Positions 26,281 to 40,764 of a stretch of 64,000 nt of DNA are shown here, piece by piece. The notes under the pieces were generated by a model that was given only the letters and a program-made list of their open reading frames with translations, ran no database searches and had not been told where the DNA came from. Each line of letters starts with the position of its first letter. The stretch's first letter is position 1. The DNA is from Octopus sinensis (lineage: Eukaryota): contig NC_043013.1 of NCBI RefSeq assembly GCF_006345805.1, forward strand, positions 43,276,001 to 43,340,000, given 5' to 3'. Position numbers and translations under genes: made by a program.

Positions 26281-26491
26281 TGCTCGAAATAACGGATTTG
26301 AAAAACAGCCGACAACTGATGAAGGGCCTTCTTTGTGTTGTTTGTCTTGTTTTCCATTTGTTTTGTTTTTTTGTTCGCAAAAATGCTCATATTCCATATC
26401 CTCGTACTTTGTATTTTTGTTGTTCACTTTTTGTGGCATCCTGTGCCCACAAATGCTTATGTATATACATATACATGTATGTACGTATACG

Positions 26492-26542
<51 letters not shown>

Positions 26543-27142
26543 CAAAGTAGCTAGTTAGAAAAATATCAATGAGACGAAAGTAGTAACTACACTAATATGT
26601 GTGTGTGTGTATGTGTGTGATGGGGTGTTATATTATTATGTTAAAGCGGTGATCTGGCAGAATCATTAGCACACCGGGCGAAATGCGTAGCGGTATTTCG
26701 TCTGCCGTTACGTTCTGAGTTCAAATTCCGCCGAGGTCGAATTTGCCTTTCATCCTTTCGAGGTCGATTAAATAAGTAGCAGTTACGCACTGGGGTCGAT
26801 ATAATCGACTTAATCCGTTTTTCTGTCTTTGTTTGTCCTCTCTGTGTTTAGCCCATTGTGGGTAGTAAAGAAATAGGTATTTCGTCTGCCGCTACGTTCT
26901 GATGTCAAATTCCGCCGTGGTTGACTTTGCCTTTCATCCTTTCGGGTTCGATAAATTAAGTACCAGTTGAACACTGGGGTCGATGTAATCGATTAGTCCC
27001 CTCCCTCGAAATTTCAGGTCTTTTGCCTATAGTAAAAAGGATTATATAATTATGTTATATTATTATATTATATTATATTATATTATATTATATTATATTA
27101 TATTATATTAAATATTACACCACGTTATTTTTGTTCTTAAAG

Positions 27143-27206
27143 GCGATGGAGGATAAAACACTGTCGAAATATAAATTGCTGATACTGTGCAATCCAGACA
27201 ACCCAA
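27143..27206 (+). CDS. aminotransferase coding exon 4
   Basis: ttcttaaag|GCG, encodes AMEDKTLSKYKLLILCNPDNP. Donor A|gtaagt, phases 0/1. Supplies the conserved NPxNPTG motif together with exon 5. Confidence 0.88.
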
Positions 27207-27379
27207 GTAAGTAAGATATTTGGAGCGTTCACATTCATCGTAGTAGACACATAAGACATTACAATAATCGATAAGGAAAGTGAAGTTGCTTTCGAATTGA
27301 TCCTTCATGTCCGTTTGATACCAAGATCGTAAAGCAAGAGAATGAAAAACAACAAAGACAATCCCTTAAAATTTGCAAT

Positions 27380-27542
27380 TGCATGAATTTGGAGTAGGAA
27401 AAGTGTAAAGGGCGTGCCTTCTAAGAATTGGTGCATTGGGAGCTGTTAGAAAAGATATAGACAAATAATTGAAGGAGATTGAAATGGAATGGGATGTCAT
27501 GTAGGGCATCTAAAGAAAGTTTGCCTTTTAAGGACAGGAATC
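27380..27542 (+). mobile_element. degenerate RLE-element 3' fragment
   Basis: Broken ..IGALGAVRKDIDK..VGHLKKVCLLRTG. Confidence 0.5.
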
Positions 27543-27584
27543 AACAATTATTATAACAACAACAACAATTATTATAACAACAAC

Positions 27585-27669
<85 letters not shown>

Positions 27670-27686
27670 TAATAATAATAATAATA

Positions 27687-29193
27687 AAGGCATTCAGAGA
27701 TGAAGGAAAGGATCGGAGAGATGCTATCGAAGAGTGAGAGCAATACTCAAAACAGAGCTGAATGCAAGAAACAGGATCGAAGCAATCAATGCATTAGCTA
27801 TAACCAGTCGTGGACTTACAGTTTCAATATTGTTAACTGGTCAATTACTGAAATATGTCAGCTCGACAGAAAAATAAGGAACTGTTGACAATGCATAGAA
27901 TGCACCACCCTAAGGCAGATACAGAACGGCTCTATCTGCCAAGAAAAGAGGGAGGCCGTGGTCTTTTGCAACTGGCAATAACAATGAAGATTGCTACAAT
28001 TGGCCTAGACACCTACCTAAAAAACTCTGAGGACTGGATGTTAAAACTTGTCTCAAAACATGAAAACAAGAAAGCATCATACTCAGTCACAAAACAGGCA
28101 AAGGAATATCTAAGTGAATTCCGATACAACCAATTTCGGAATAGAGATAGACATACAAGAAACAAGCACAGAAAAAGCTAGGCGCATGAAACCCGTGCCA
28201 AAACTGCGGCCTTAGATATTCTGAATAATAAATGGCAAGAAAAACCTCTCTATGGCAAATACCCAAAGAGCGAATAATGCAGATATCGACAAAGCCCTGA
28301 CCCATCAATGGCTAATGGCCTCTGGCTTAAAATCTGAAACAGAGGGGTTTATCATAGCAGCTCAAGATCAATGCCTACCAACAAGAAACTACCAGGCACA
28401 TATTAAAGATCAAAGCAGTCCAACGTGTCGTGTATGCAAGCAACAAAATGAAACCATTGACCATGTGATCTCCAAGTGCAGTCTTCTAGCGCCTACAGAG
28501 TATCTCAACAGGCACGATAGAGCTGCACAATATATTCACTGGGTAATCTGTAAAACCTGGATTTGCCCCATGAAAAAAACTGGTGGGAACACAAACCACC
28601 CCCAGTGCTTGAAAATGACCACATCTCACTCCTCTGGAACTTCACATTCAAACTGACAGGAAGATAGATGCAAATAGGCCAGACATCATATTGAAAGACT
28701 TCAAACAAAGAACATGCCTCCTCATTGATATGACTGTCCCAATCGATATAAACGTATCTGTCAGGACCTACCAAAAACTGAGCAAATATAAGATCTTGAA
28801 ATAGAAATCAGCAAAATGTGGAAGCTGAAGACTGAAAACATACCTGTTGTCATAGGTGCCCTGGAATGATAGCAAAAGGGGCTGATAGCTACCTAACTCA
28901 GATACCAGGAAACCCAAAAATGGCAGAAGTTCAAAAGATAGTGCTCATATCCTACGCAAAATACTCTCTATGTAACCTCAAGGTTAAAACAACCATAATT
29001 TTCGGTTTAAAAAAAAAAAAAAAACTTTTTTTTAATTTTTTTTTAGACATTCATTAGTACAACATCCCCACCCCCCAAATATATGGCACACTAGGCATAA
29101 CAACAACATGAACTTCCAACCCTGTTGTCTCTTGAGGTCTCTGGGTGAGACTTGGAGCCAACTTGTACAAATATAAAGCAAAAGTCAAACATA

Positions 29194-29195
<2 letters not shown>
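27687..29195 (+). mobile_element. R4/Dong-like RLE non-LTR retrotransposon, 5'-truncated 3' half
   Basis: RLYLPRKEGGRGL, CRVC..ETIDHVISKC, RHD, NRPDII..LLIDMTVP..KYKDL and VIGALG (RLE endonuclease) in broken frames. 3'UTR present, flanked by (TAA)n on both sides. Confidence 0.88.
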
Positions 29196-29227
<32 letters not shown>

Positions 29228-29230
29228 CAA

Positions 29231-32200
29231 TTCTTTTTTATTGGCCACAAGGGCTGACACGCATGATTACATAAAGGGACAAGACAGGACGAAAGGTTAC
29301 AAAGGGTTTTGTCCGTTTGTTAAAAAAATCCGTGTAAAAACTTTATAACAATGATTATTAAAACAATGAAAAACTCCCAAAAGGGGGAGACGTTTCGAAA
29401 GGTTCCTGGTGAAAAAACCCTACAAAAGCCAACGGGAGCCTGGTCAAAAAAGGGGGTTGTAGAGAGTCCCCTTTTTTCTCCCTTTTTATTACCTTTTTGA
29501 AATCACAGGTGAAACCTGAGAACTGGTCCATTTATACAGGCCAGTCTCGCACAATTCACCCACCTTTCATAAAACTTGCTATCGGACAGCACTTTCCTCT
29601 CTAACCTCATCTTCCTTTTCAAGTGAAACTTGAAAAAGTTGATGAGGCCTTGACCAAAGAGGAAAGTGTCTGTCTTTAGCCCTTTCAAACGAGTCCACCA
29701 CACGACCTCTTTCGCCACAGCCACTAGGCACAAGAAAACGGCCTCGCCCTCCTTGTTAAAGGAGGTCGGCGGGGCAATCTTCACAATGGACTCGGTCGAT
29801 AGTCGGATCCGTCCTACACGTGACAGTAGCTGTTCGACATAAACCCATATTTCAGCAATACTCGGGCACTGGACGAGTGCGTGCAGGACGGTTTCATCGT
29901 CCTGGCAACACCTCGGGCAGGCCCGGCTGACGGCACTTCCGTGCCGGTAGAGTTTATCTCGAACAGGCAGAGCCCCTCGGTAGCACTGCCAGGCGAGAGA
30001 CCTCTGGAAATTATCCATCGGCCCCGGCCCGAAAGTCCTCCCGAACAGACCGCACAGTTCGTCATCTTCAACGCCTAGAGTTTCCCCGAGAACGTCGTCG
30101 CATTTTTCCTCCACTAACCCTCTATAGAACGCTAGAGTGGAGCTGTAACCGATCGCATTGCCCGCCTGGCGGAGGGCGGAGAGAGCTTGACGGCACTCGA
30201 GGTGCCAAGCGCCCTTTCTCGGTCTACGTTTGATCCAGGTCTGCAGCTCCGTCAAAGAGACGAGCTGCGGAAAATCGCGTCTGACAAAAGACGACCACAC
30301 CTGTTCACCGTCTAGGAAGCGCTTGAGATGCCGCAGCCTGAGCGCATGTCTGCGCAACAGCAACAACGGCATTTCAAGGCCTCCGTTCAGTGGTCGTTGA
30401 CAGCAGATGGATCGCCTGACCAGTGGCACCTGACCCTTCCACAAAAAGTCGAAGAGCAGGCGTACCAGCTTGGCCAACCAGCGGTCGGGACAAGGGACGA
30501 CGGTCAAGCGGTAATAGATGACGGATGCGATGTACGCATTCGCCACCTCCGCTCGACCTTTTAGGGACAGCTTCCTCTCGGCCCATTTCTGGGTGAGACG
30601 TGCCACCCTGCTCGTCACCTCTTCCCAGTTCTTATCCACCTGGAGGTCCGGACCGAACCAGACCCCGAGTAGTTTAACGGGTCCGTCTGTCCAGCGCCCT
30701 ACGACGCTGTTGGACGGCATGGGCTTGCCTCTCCAGGTGCCCAGTTGCAAGCCCACAGACTTTTCCGCGTTAATCTTTGCTCCTGTCACCGCTTCGTACT
30801 GGTTTAGCGTCTCGCCAATCAGGCCAATGTGCCTGTGGCTCGACACCACCACGGTGACGTCGTCGGCATAAGCAGACACGCTGTTTCCGCCTCCTAGATC
30901 GCGCGGGATACCCCTCAAAGCCTCCAACTTGCGCAGTAATGGCTCGAGAGTCAAAATGTACAAGAGGGAGGAGAGAGGGCATCCTTGGCGGACCGAACGC
31001 GAGATGCCGAACGGTTCCGAAAGGTGACCGTTCACCCGTATCACCGAGCAGATGTTGCTGTATAAAGCAGCTATCTACCCGCGGAAGACTGGACCGAAGC
31101 CGGCTGCCTTGAGGACAGCTGCCAGGTACCGATGGTCGACCCTATCGAAGGCTTTACTCTGATCCAAGTTGATCAAAGCCCCACCCGCGCCAGCGTCGTT
31201 ACCCACACTCTCTATAATGTAGCGCATGAGATGGAGGTTGTCGTGTATCGACCTGGTCGGCACAGCGCATGTCTGCGTCTTGCCGACCAGCTTCTCCACG
31301 ACAAGCGCCAATCTCTTGGCTAGCACCTTGGCCAAAATCTTCAACTCTGCATTGAGCAGAGTGATGGGCCGGAAATTCCCTATAACGTCCCCCTTGTTTG
31401 GGTCCTTCTTTAGCAAAGCCACCACCCCTCGACAGACAAAAGCAGGAATTCTCCCGTTTTGCTGCCAGTTGCAGTAGACGTTTGCCAACAGGTCCGCAAA
31501 CAAGTCTGGCATTGAAAAGTAAAGCTCGTAGGGCAGACCATCCAAACCCGGCGATCTACCTCTCGTGCAACTCTTCATCGCTTCCTGTACTTCCCAGGCA
31601 GATATCGGTCCTTCGCAGCACTCTGCCTCGCTGTCCGAGAGTTGCGGCAGTCAGTCCAGGTACACACCGAAGTCTGTACCGTTGGTGTCCGTTCCAAACA
31701 GTTGAGCAAAGTGCCGCTGAAGCACCGTACACATCTGCTTCGATTCGGTAACCTCGCGCCCGTTCTGGTCCACCAAAGACCGAATGGTTACTCTGTTGCC
31801 TCGCTTCGCCTCCGCCACGCGGGCCCATCGAGCGGCTCTAGTCCCCTCCCCGCTTAGCGAACGTGCCTTAGCTCTGACAACGCAGCCTTCGTGTTTGGCG
31901 TCGAAGTGTTGGTCGAGGGCCAACCTTGCCGCCAACACGTCGGTCGCGATGCCAGTGTCAAGAGCCTCGTCTAGTTTCTTAACTAAATCCCGCTCTCTCT
32001 TCCTACGTTCAATAGCTAGAGTCTTACTATACCTAATCGACTCTACTCTAATTGCTCTCTTGAGGGCAAACCACCAGTTGTTGTTGATGATTGCCCCCGT
32101 GAGCGCCCGCTTAACTAGTAAACTAATCCGGTCTCTGTAAGCTTTGCACGCCGTTAATGACGCGTTCAGCTTCCAGTAGCCGGGTCCCTGTCTATGTAGC

Positions 32201-32590
32201 CTATCTAAGTCGACCGTACAGATCACTAATTTGTGGTCCGTATATTCGACTAGGTGGAATTGTGGACACCCTACGCTGTCCTTATCCGCTGGCCTACAAA
32301 ACACTCTATCTAAGTACGATCTAGACGACCCGATGCGGTTTGTCCAAGTCCACATTGGCACATTCGGGTTGTCTAGTCGAAACCTGTCGGACAGCTGAAA
32401 GCGGCCGAGTAGGTTGGCGAGGCTCTTGCACCCTCCCCCTCTCCTATCAGACGCTCCCCTGCCCACCCGATCGAAACGTTCGTCTAAGACAGCGTTCCAA
32501 TCCCCAACTAGCACTAGAGTGCGTGACGTTCCCAGGAAAACTTCCAGACGTTTGAAATAATCCGACATCCCAAGACCACCACGGAATGGG
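29231..32590 (-). mobile_element. Tx1/L1-clade non-LTR retrotransposon, 5'-truncated ORF2 (APE endonuclease, RT, C-terminal CCHC) plus 3'UTR
   Basis: One frame 32568->29503 with GDWNA..LDR..DHK (EN), SPGLDG, FRPITLLN, DQSKAFDRVDH, QGCPLS, YADD and [14 protein letters not shown]. Only two in-frame stops (31651, 31075). AATAAA at the 3' end. Confidence 0.93.
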
Positions 32591-32734
32591 TGCGCAATGT
32601 ATTGATTTTCTGACCAACGAAATTATTCCCTTCCGTGAGAAGCGAAAAAAAGATGCACCGATTAGAACGGTACATTGGATATTTAGTAGGACTGAGTGGG
32701 ACTAACCAATTGGAAAGGGGTACAAATCCAGCAG

Positions 32735-32772
<38 letters not shown>

Positions 32773-32777
32773 TATCA

Positions 32778-32933
32778 TCATCGTTTAACGTCCGCTTTCC
32801 ATGCTAGCATGGGTTGGACGATTTGACTGAGGACTGGAGATCAGATTGGAGCCTGGTGCAGCCATCTGGTTCGCCAGTCCTCAGTCAAATCGTCCAACCC
32901 ATGCTAGCATGGAAAGCGGACGTTAAACGATGA
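32778..32933. mobile_element. deleted TIR element (perfect 60-bp inverted repeat) inside (CAT)n/(GAT)n
   Basis: Arms 32778-32837 and 32874-32933 are exact reverse complements. Related ends at about 14500-14548, 21100-21150 and 39000-39050. Confidence 0.88.
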
Positions 32934-32937
32934 ACGG

Positions 32938-32980
<43 letters not shown>

Positions 32981-33039
32981 CTGCTAAGATGTTTCCAACT
33001 CCTCACAGGTACCGAATACATTACCCAAATGTATTTGGT

Positions 33040-33285
33040 ACCTAGTAATTTTCGGCCCATAATCCTGCCAAATATAGATTCAAGATTTTGACTAAAGTGC
33101 TTACCAACAAGCCGGAACTTTTTTTCCGCGGTTTGATTGATGATACGCAAAAATGTGTCATCCTATACAGATTTATCAATGACAATCTCCGGCTCATGCG
33201 ACATATCAAAGAGCTGATAGAGAGAGTAAGAAATCTAACATGGATCGGACTCTAATCAACTTAGATAAATCGAATGCTTTATCAT
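33040..33285 (+). mobile_element. degenerate Tx1-like RT fragment
   Basis: Frameshifted NFRPIIL..KILTKVL..DNLRLMRHI..INLDKSNA. Confidence 0.65.
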
Positions 33286-33297
33286 TGATATTATTGA

Positions 33298-34085
33298 GTG
33301 AGAGAGCAATATGTACCATTAAAGTGACACTAGGATACAAATATACGAAGCCCAATATACCCACCACAACTACCGGTCTGATAAGGGTACACCAGGCACA
33401 TGCATCACAACTGTATGTGCGTGACATGGTGACCTTGTATCAAAATAAACAGCGTATGACCTTTCAGGTGAGGCCCTGTAAGAATTTTCTTCGGTTTGAG
33501 TAGCCCATCCCACTCAAAAGGTCCCTGAATGAAGGTTGTTTAAGGATTATGAACGAAACACCCATGTTTCCAGAGGTGAATTAGTCAAACTCCAAAGAAT
33601 TCCTCTCAACACATAGCTATGATACTTCTCCACTACACCTGCTCGTGTATTATTATTTTTATTAATTATTATTATTATTGTTATTGAGAAAGCAGAGCAT
33701 GCCGTCAAAGTGACACTGGGGTAAAATATACGAAGCCCAGTATACCCATCATGACTACCCGTCTGATAAGGGTACACCAGGCACATGCATTACAACCACA
33801 TGTGCGCGACATGGTGATCTCGTATCAAGACAAACAGCACATGACCTTGCAGGTGGGGCCCAGTTAGAATTTTCTTCAGGTTGAGTAACCCATCCCGCTC
33901 AAAAGGTCCCTGAATAAGGACTTTTAAATGTTTCCAAAGGTGAATTATCCAAACCTCCAAGAATTCCCTTCAACACAGGGCTATGATGCTCCCCCACTAC
34001 TTCTGCTCGTAATCAGAGATGCACATATCGTCAGCCACAAAGGGACATGGTCAACTGGTTAAGGTCAAAGAACTGACAAGCAAAT
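33298..34085 (-). repeat. two tandem diverged copies of a retroelement 3' segment
   Basis: 33300-33540 aligns with 33690-33920 (tctgataagggtacaccaggcacatgc..., ctcaaaaggtccctgaat). Confidence 0.7.
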
Positions 34086-34123
34086 CTGTGGTATTGAGCA
34101 GAATATTTGATATTATTGTCATT

Positions 34124-34176
<53 letters not shown>

Positions 34177-34233
34177 TATTATTATTATCATCAATATTTA
34201 CCATCATCATTATTATTATTATTATTATTATTA

Positions 34234-34284
<51 letters not shown>

Positions 34285-34289
34285 TCCAG

Positions 34290-34329
34290 CTGGAACACAT
34301 TACACTGAGGAGCATCTGGCCGACCTCAC
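34290..34329 (+). CDS. aminotransferase coding exon 5 (40 nt)
   Basis: ctattccag|CT, encodes (T)GTHYTEEHLADL. Donor AC|gtaagt, phases 1/2. Confidence 0.85.
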
Positions 34330-35589
34330 GTAAGTAAAAACGTTTTAAAGTCATTTGCATTGCTTTTTCATTATTTTCCATTATTTAAGGCGACGAGTTG
34401 GCAGAAACGTTAGCACGCCTGGGCGAAATGCTTAGTGGTATTTCGTCTCTCTTTACGTTCTGAGTTCAAATTCTGCCGTTGTTGACTTTACCTTTCATCA
34501 TTCCGGGGTCGATAAATCGACTGGCTCCGTCCCCAAAATTTTCGCGACTTGGTCCTAGAGTAGAAAAGATTATTTCTATCATTAAAGTGAAAACATGATT
34601 CCAGATGAATTCAGAAGTTTAACTTTATCACTCCTTTTTCGCAAACACATCCTTTTGGTTTTCAGTACTTGCTAGGGTAATCAATGCAGTATATTAATTT
34701 GATCTTATCTAATGTGAGAACCTTTAATTGGTTGCCTGATCGACCCGGAATAGCAGACATATCTCCCTCAAATTAAATCTTGGCTTCTTACAAAAAATGG
34801 GACACACTAGATAGTCACGACTGGATCGCTTGTGATTTCCTAGGTTTGCGCGATCGGGGCTTTCTTAAGAGTTAAACAACGACAAAGAGAAAAAATAGAC
34901 TTCGCAATCTCTTATTTTTTTATGTTGATATTGATGCATTCTTTATTGTGACTGTCCAAAAAGGTTTATGGCGCAGTCGACTGTCAAAAATTACGTCAGT
35001 TGGAAGATAGAACCGTTTTGGCTTAAATAAACCGCAAGAGACAGCAGTCATAGTTTAATTAGGTTGTGATGGGCAATAATCCAACATCAAGGAAGACTGG
35101 AAAAGACGGAAGCTATGATATAATTAGACTGGAATAGATTGAAGGTTCGGACTATGGAAAAGGCAAAATAAATGTGGACTGTCAAGAAGTATGCTCTTCA
35201 TGAAATTAATTAGTCCCTTAAATTAATAAATATTTCTTAATAGTTCGCCTGAGAGAGGCATCTAATGCTCGTAGCCCTATTAAGGCTCCTTAAATTGGAA
35301 AGGCCTGGGGGAATGTCGTTCAGCTTCAGCCTCTGCATGTTTTTTTTTTTTACGCTTTTACTCTTTTACTTGTTTCAGTCATTTGACTGTGGCCATACTG
35401 GAGCACCGCATTTAGTTGACCAATTCGACCCCAGGACTTATTCTTTGTAAGCCTAGTACTTATTCTATCGGTCTCTTTTGCCGAACCGCTAAGTTACGGG
35501 GACGTCAACACACCAGCATCGGTTGTCAAGCGATGTGGGGGGGAACAAACATGTCAAGCGATGTTAGGGCGACAAACACACACACACAA

Positions 35590-35659
<70 letters not shown>

Positions 35660-36960
35660 GACGGGCTTCTTTCAGTTTCCGTCTACCAAATCCACTCACA
35701 AGACTTTGGTCGGCCCGAGGCTATAGTAGAAGACACTTGCCCAAGGTTCCACGCAGTGGGACTGAACCCGGGACCATGTGGTTCGTAAGCAAGCTACTTG
35801 CCACACAGCCACTTCTACGCCTATGTCTGTATAAAAAAAAATGGGCAAAATAAGAGAGTCTGGAGTATTGTGGATTTGGGAAGGAAAGATTGGGAAGGAA
35901 AAATGCGCTTTGATATGAGGTCGGCATGAGGCAAAGTAGGTATATAACGAAAAGCAAAGAAACGGTTGGATCAAATGGGTTTCAGCATGTTGGGTTACTG
36001 TATCCTGGTTCAGGGCATCAAGAATTGCGCTAGAGAAGTTACTGGAGGATACAGTGTAGCCGTAGGTTTGTAATTGTTGTGTATTCGTGAGTGTTGAGCG
36101 TTGTTGAGTAAAACGTATTGGCAGCCGAATGTGACGTTCTTGCGGTCAGAATTAGTTGCCGAGCATGTTTAGTATGATACTTCGTTTGCCTATTTGCTAG
36201 TTTTGACTATCAATCAGCCGTTATTTCAACTTAGATCATCGATCAGTTAATATGTTGATGATAATCCTTTCTACTATAGACACGAGGCCGAAAATCTGCG
36301 GGGAGGGGTGGGGAATAGACGGTTACATTAACCCTGAGAAAATTACAGGCAAAGTCGATCACGGCGGAATTTGAACTCGGTTTATGAAAAGCCAGAAGAA
36401 ATGCCTCTAAGCATTTTGCCCAGTGTGCTAACCATTCTGCCAGCTTGCCACATTGCGTATGTTAATAATGATAAGGGAAAGGGGGAGGGAGACATTACTG
36501 TTTATTCATTGAAGGTGATTGACATAAAAGGAGAAAAATGCTCACACACATAAGTAGAGAGGGGAAGTGGAGAGGGAGAGAGAGAGAGAGAGAGGCATTA
36601 AAACGTCTAATGACAAATAAATCTGCGTCGAATCAGGATGCCAAATAGGCGGCGCCAAAACGGCTGTGCCAAAACGTACCATACTCTTGCTGGTCTTTCA
36701 CAAAAAAAAAACTTCACCTTTGGTTTGAAAAAAACTCACAGGCAGCCATGATCAAAGACGGCTCCAGAACAATTCAATTATGCTTTTTTCTATTAATATT
36801 TTCTTAATAACGATTTCTAACCTATTAATAATTTCTGCCCATGATTGCTATTTCCACAAATTGTTTTAAGTGGTAACAGTAATAATAGTAATTTATTTTA
36901 ACCTTAATGCTTAAAGTACTAATAATGGCAACAGCACAACACATTTTTCTATTATTCCAG

Positions 36961-37051
36961 GGAAGTATTTCGGAAACACAATATCCTTGTTTTGAGTGAT
37001 GAAATTTATGGCCGGTTGTGTTTTAATCATAAGCACGTCTGCATGTCAAAG
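36961..37051 (+). CDS. aminotransferase coding exon 6
   Basis: attattccag|G, encodes (T)EVFRKHNILVLSDEIYGRL...MSK, with the DExY PLP-contacting motif. Donor |gtaatc, phases 2/0. Confidence 0.92.
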
Positions 37052-37365
37052 GTAATCATCGTTTGTTGGTTTTCATCATTAGCTCTTGTGTGTTACATAA
37101 CTCTTGTATTATCTCGTTTCCTTGAATGTGTTCTAATTAAACCACCATGCAAATGAACATAGCATTTCCATTTCTTTTTCAGCAAAAATTAGTGAGAAAA
37201 AATGGTTATAAAGTTAAGAAATCTGTTTCTCAACCACATGGCTCGGGGTTCAGTCCCACTGCATGGCACTTTAAGCATGTATTCTTTATTATAGCCATCG
37301 GCTGACTAAAGCCTTATAAGTGAATTGCATAGAGGGAAACTGAAAGAGGCTTGTAGAATGTGTAC

Positions 37366-37408
<43 letters not shown>

Positions 37409-39066
37409 TGTATATGTGTGCGCGAGCTGGCAGAAACGTTAGCACGCCGGGCGAAATCCTTAGCGGTATTTCGTCTGCCGCGACGTTCTGAGTTCAAATT
37501 CCGCCAAGGTCGACTTTGCCTTTCATCCTTTCGGGGTCGATAAATTAAGTACCAGTTACGAATTGGGGTCGATGTAATCGACTTAATCCGTTTGTCTGTC
37601 CTTGTTTGCCCTCTCCGTGTTTAGCCCCTTGTGAGTAGTAAAGAAACAGGTATTTCGTCTGCCGCTACGTTCTGAGTTGAAATTCCGCCGAGGTCGACTT
37701 TGCCTTTCATCCTTTCGAGGTCGATAAATTAAGTACCAGTTACGCACTGGGGTTGAAATAATCGACTTTTTTCTGTCCTTGTTTGTCCCCTCTATGTTTA
37801 GCCCCCTGTGGGCAATACAGAAATATTGTGCATGTGTGTTTATGTGTCTTCGTCTTGACATGGCATAATGATTGTAAACGAGGGTCACCGTTTTACAAGC
37901 GGTGTTGCTCCTTTCCAAATTTCTTTGGAAACAGGTTTAGCCAAAGTGAAATATTACATTACTTTGAAATATGCGAGGGTTTGTAACAGGAAGGACATCC
38001 AGCCACAGAAAATTTACTTCAACTAATTATCCATGCAAGCATGGAAAAGTGGACATTTAAAAAGATTATGATATATATGTATGTGTAAATATATATCACC
38101 GTGATCACCGTGACCGACCAGGTTATCAAATGTTGCTACACATCGCTGGTCACAATGCGCTCCGCATTATTTTAGCCTTCAAATAACGCCACCCCGCTGG
38201 CTAAGCGAGCAGGCCAACAGAAGAAAGAGTGAGAGAAAGTTGTAGCGAAAGACTATAGCAGGGATCGCCAGCACCACCCTGCCGGAACCTCGTGGAGCTT
38301 TAGGTAGTTTCGCTCAATAAACACTCACAACGCCCGGTCTGGGAATCAAAACCGCGATCCTACAACCGCGAGTCCGCTGCCCTAACTACTGGGCCATTGT
38401 GCCTCCACGTACATATATATATAAACCCATAGTATACCCATACCGTCAAAAATGAGAGCGTTTTAAAATAAATGATATTTAAGAAATACATCGTCATAAT
38501 GTACTTTGATATATTTAATATAGATTTGTATACCAAGATTATCTAATTATTTATTGAGAATATTGTGAAGGAGTGAAGCCAAAGCGAGTTAAAAATGGGG
38601 AAAATTTTATGTAAACTGTTTTAATACTTGAAAATGGTGAGCCTGCGTCATCTAATATGATATTTATTCACACATAAGTTAAAAGGTGTTCATACTCTGT
38701 GAATGCAGGGAAAGCCAGTAGATTTTACTGCCAACAATTTTAATAAAATTGGTTCACATGAGAATGTTATTGCAGACAAAATCCCCAAGAAATTTTCGTC
38801 CGTAAAAGGAACTTAACTCGTGGCGCTCATCCTAAGTTCCGCTGCTGGACTACGTGATATCAATTTATGTAAGTAATGAATATATACTGATAATTTAACG
38901 GAAAAAAAGAGTGGTTGGTGTTAGGAGGGGTCTCCAGCCGTAAAAACCTTGCCAAAACAGACACAGTAGCCTGGGGTAGTCTTTTACTTAGCTGGTTCCT
39001 GTCAATCGTTCTATGCCTGCTTGGAAAACGGACGTTAAACAATGATGATATGATATTATAATATAT

Positions 39067-39110
<44 letters not shown>

Positions 39111-39199
39111 CATGTATGTATACATGCATGTATATGCATATGTACTTGGGTGTATATATATGTGTGAGTGTATACATACACACAGTGAGAGAAACACAT

Positions 39200-39850
39200 A
39201 TAGATACATACATACATACATACATACATACATACATACCATACATACATACATTACACACATACATACATACATACATACATACATACATACATACATA
39301 CATACATACATACATGCATGCATACATACATACATACAATACATACATACATACATACATACATACATACATACATACATACATGACATACATACTTACA
39401 CACATACATACATACATACATACTACATACATACATACCATACATACATACATACATACATACTTACACACATACATACACACATACATACATACATACA
39501 TACATACATACATACATTACATACATACATGCATGCATGCATACATACATACATACATACATACATACATACATACATACATACATACATACATGCAACA
39601 TACATACATACATACATACATCCATACATACATACCATACATACATACATGCATACATACATACATACATACATACATACCTACATACATACATACATAC
39701 ATACATACATACATGCACACATACATACATACATACATACATACATACATACATACACATACATACATACATGCACACATACATACATACATACATACAT
39801 ACATACATACATACATACATACATACATACATACATACATACATACATAC
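39200..39850. repeat. (CATA)n microsatellite
   Basis: Direct inspection. Confidence 0.97.
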
Positions 39851-40208
39851 GCGCACGTATAAACACACGCAATTTTTTTCAATGCAGAACAAATAAAGAA
39901 CAATTAAAAACTGAACATTTCCTGCATAAAATATTAGTTATTTTGTCGTTTTGTTTTTTTTTGTTGCAGCATTCTGTATGCGAGTATTGTCTATATGTAA
40001 TGTATGTGTTAGAGAGAGAAAGAGACAGAGAGCAGGGAAGTTAGAGTACCTGAGTTTTTGATTGAATATAGATTTGTTTTTTACATTTGAAAATTATGAT
40101 CAGACAAATTTGAAACAGAAATCGATTTTTGCTGCATAAATCTCGAAAACACCAGAATTAATGGGAAATTTTTTAAAATTTTGTTACGGCATTTTTAATC
40201 ATACGTAA

Positions 40209-40374
<166 letters not shown>

Positions 40375-40764
40375 TTTTCTACTCTAGGCACAAGAGCGGA
40401 AATTTTTTTGCGGTGAGGGTTGACAGTTGATTAGTTCTAATCCAATACGCATCTGGTACTTAATTTAACGATCCCGAAAGGATGAATGGCAAAGTCGATC
40501 TCGACGGAATTTGAACTCAGGACGTAAAGACAGACGAAATACCTATTTCTTTACTACCCACAAGGGGCTACACATAGAGGAGACAAACAAGGACATACAA
40601 ACGGATTAAGTCGATTATATCGACCCCAGTGCGTAACTGGTACTTATTGAATCGACCCCGAACGGATGGAAGGCAAAGTCGACCTCGGCCGAATTTGAAC
40701 TCAGAACGTAACGGCAGACGAAATACGGCTACGCATTTCGCCCGGCGTGCTAACGTTATATATA

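Noticed and set aside
26316-26345. CTGATGAAGGGCC hammerhead candidate
   Set aside because: No downstream GAAA or NUH.
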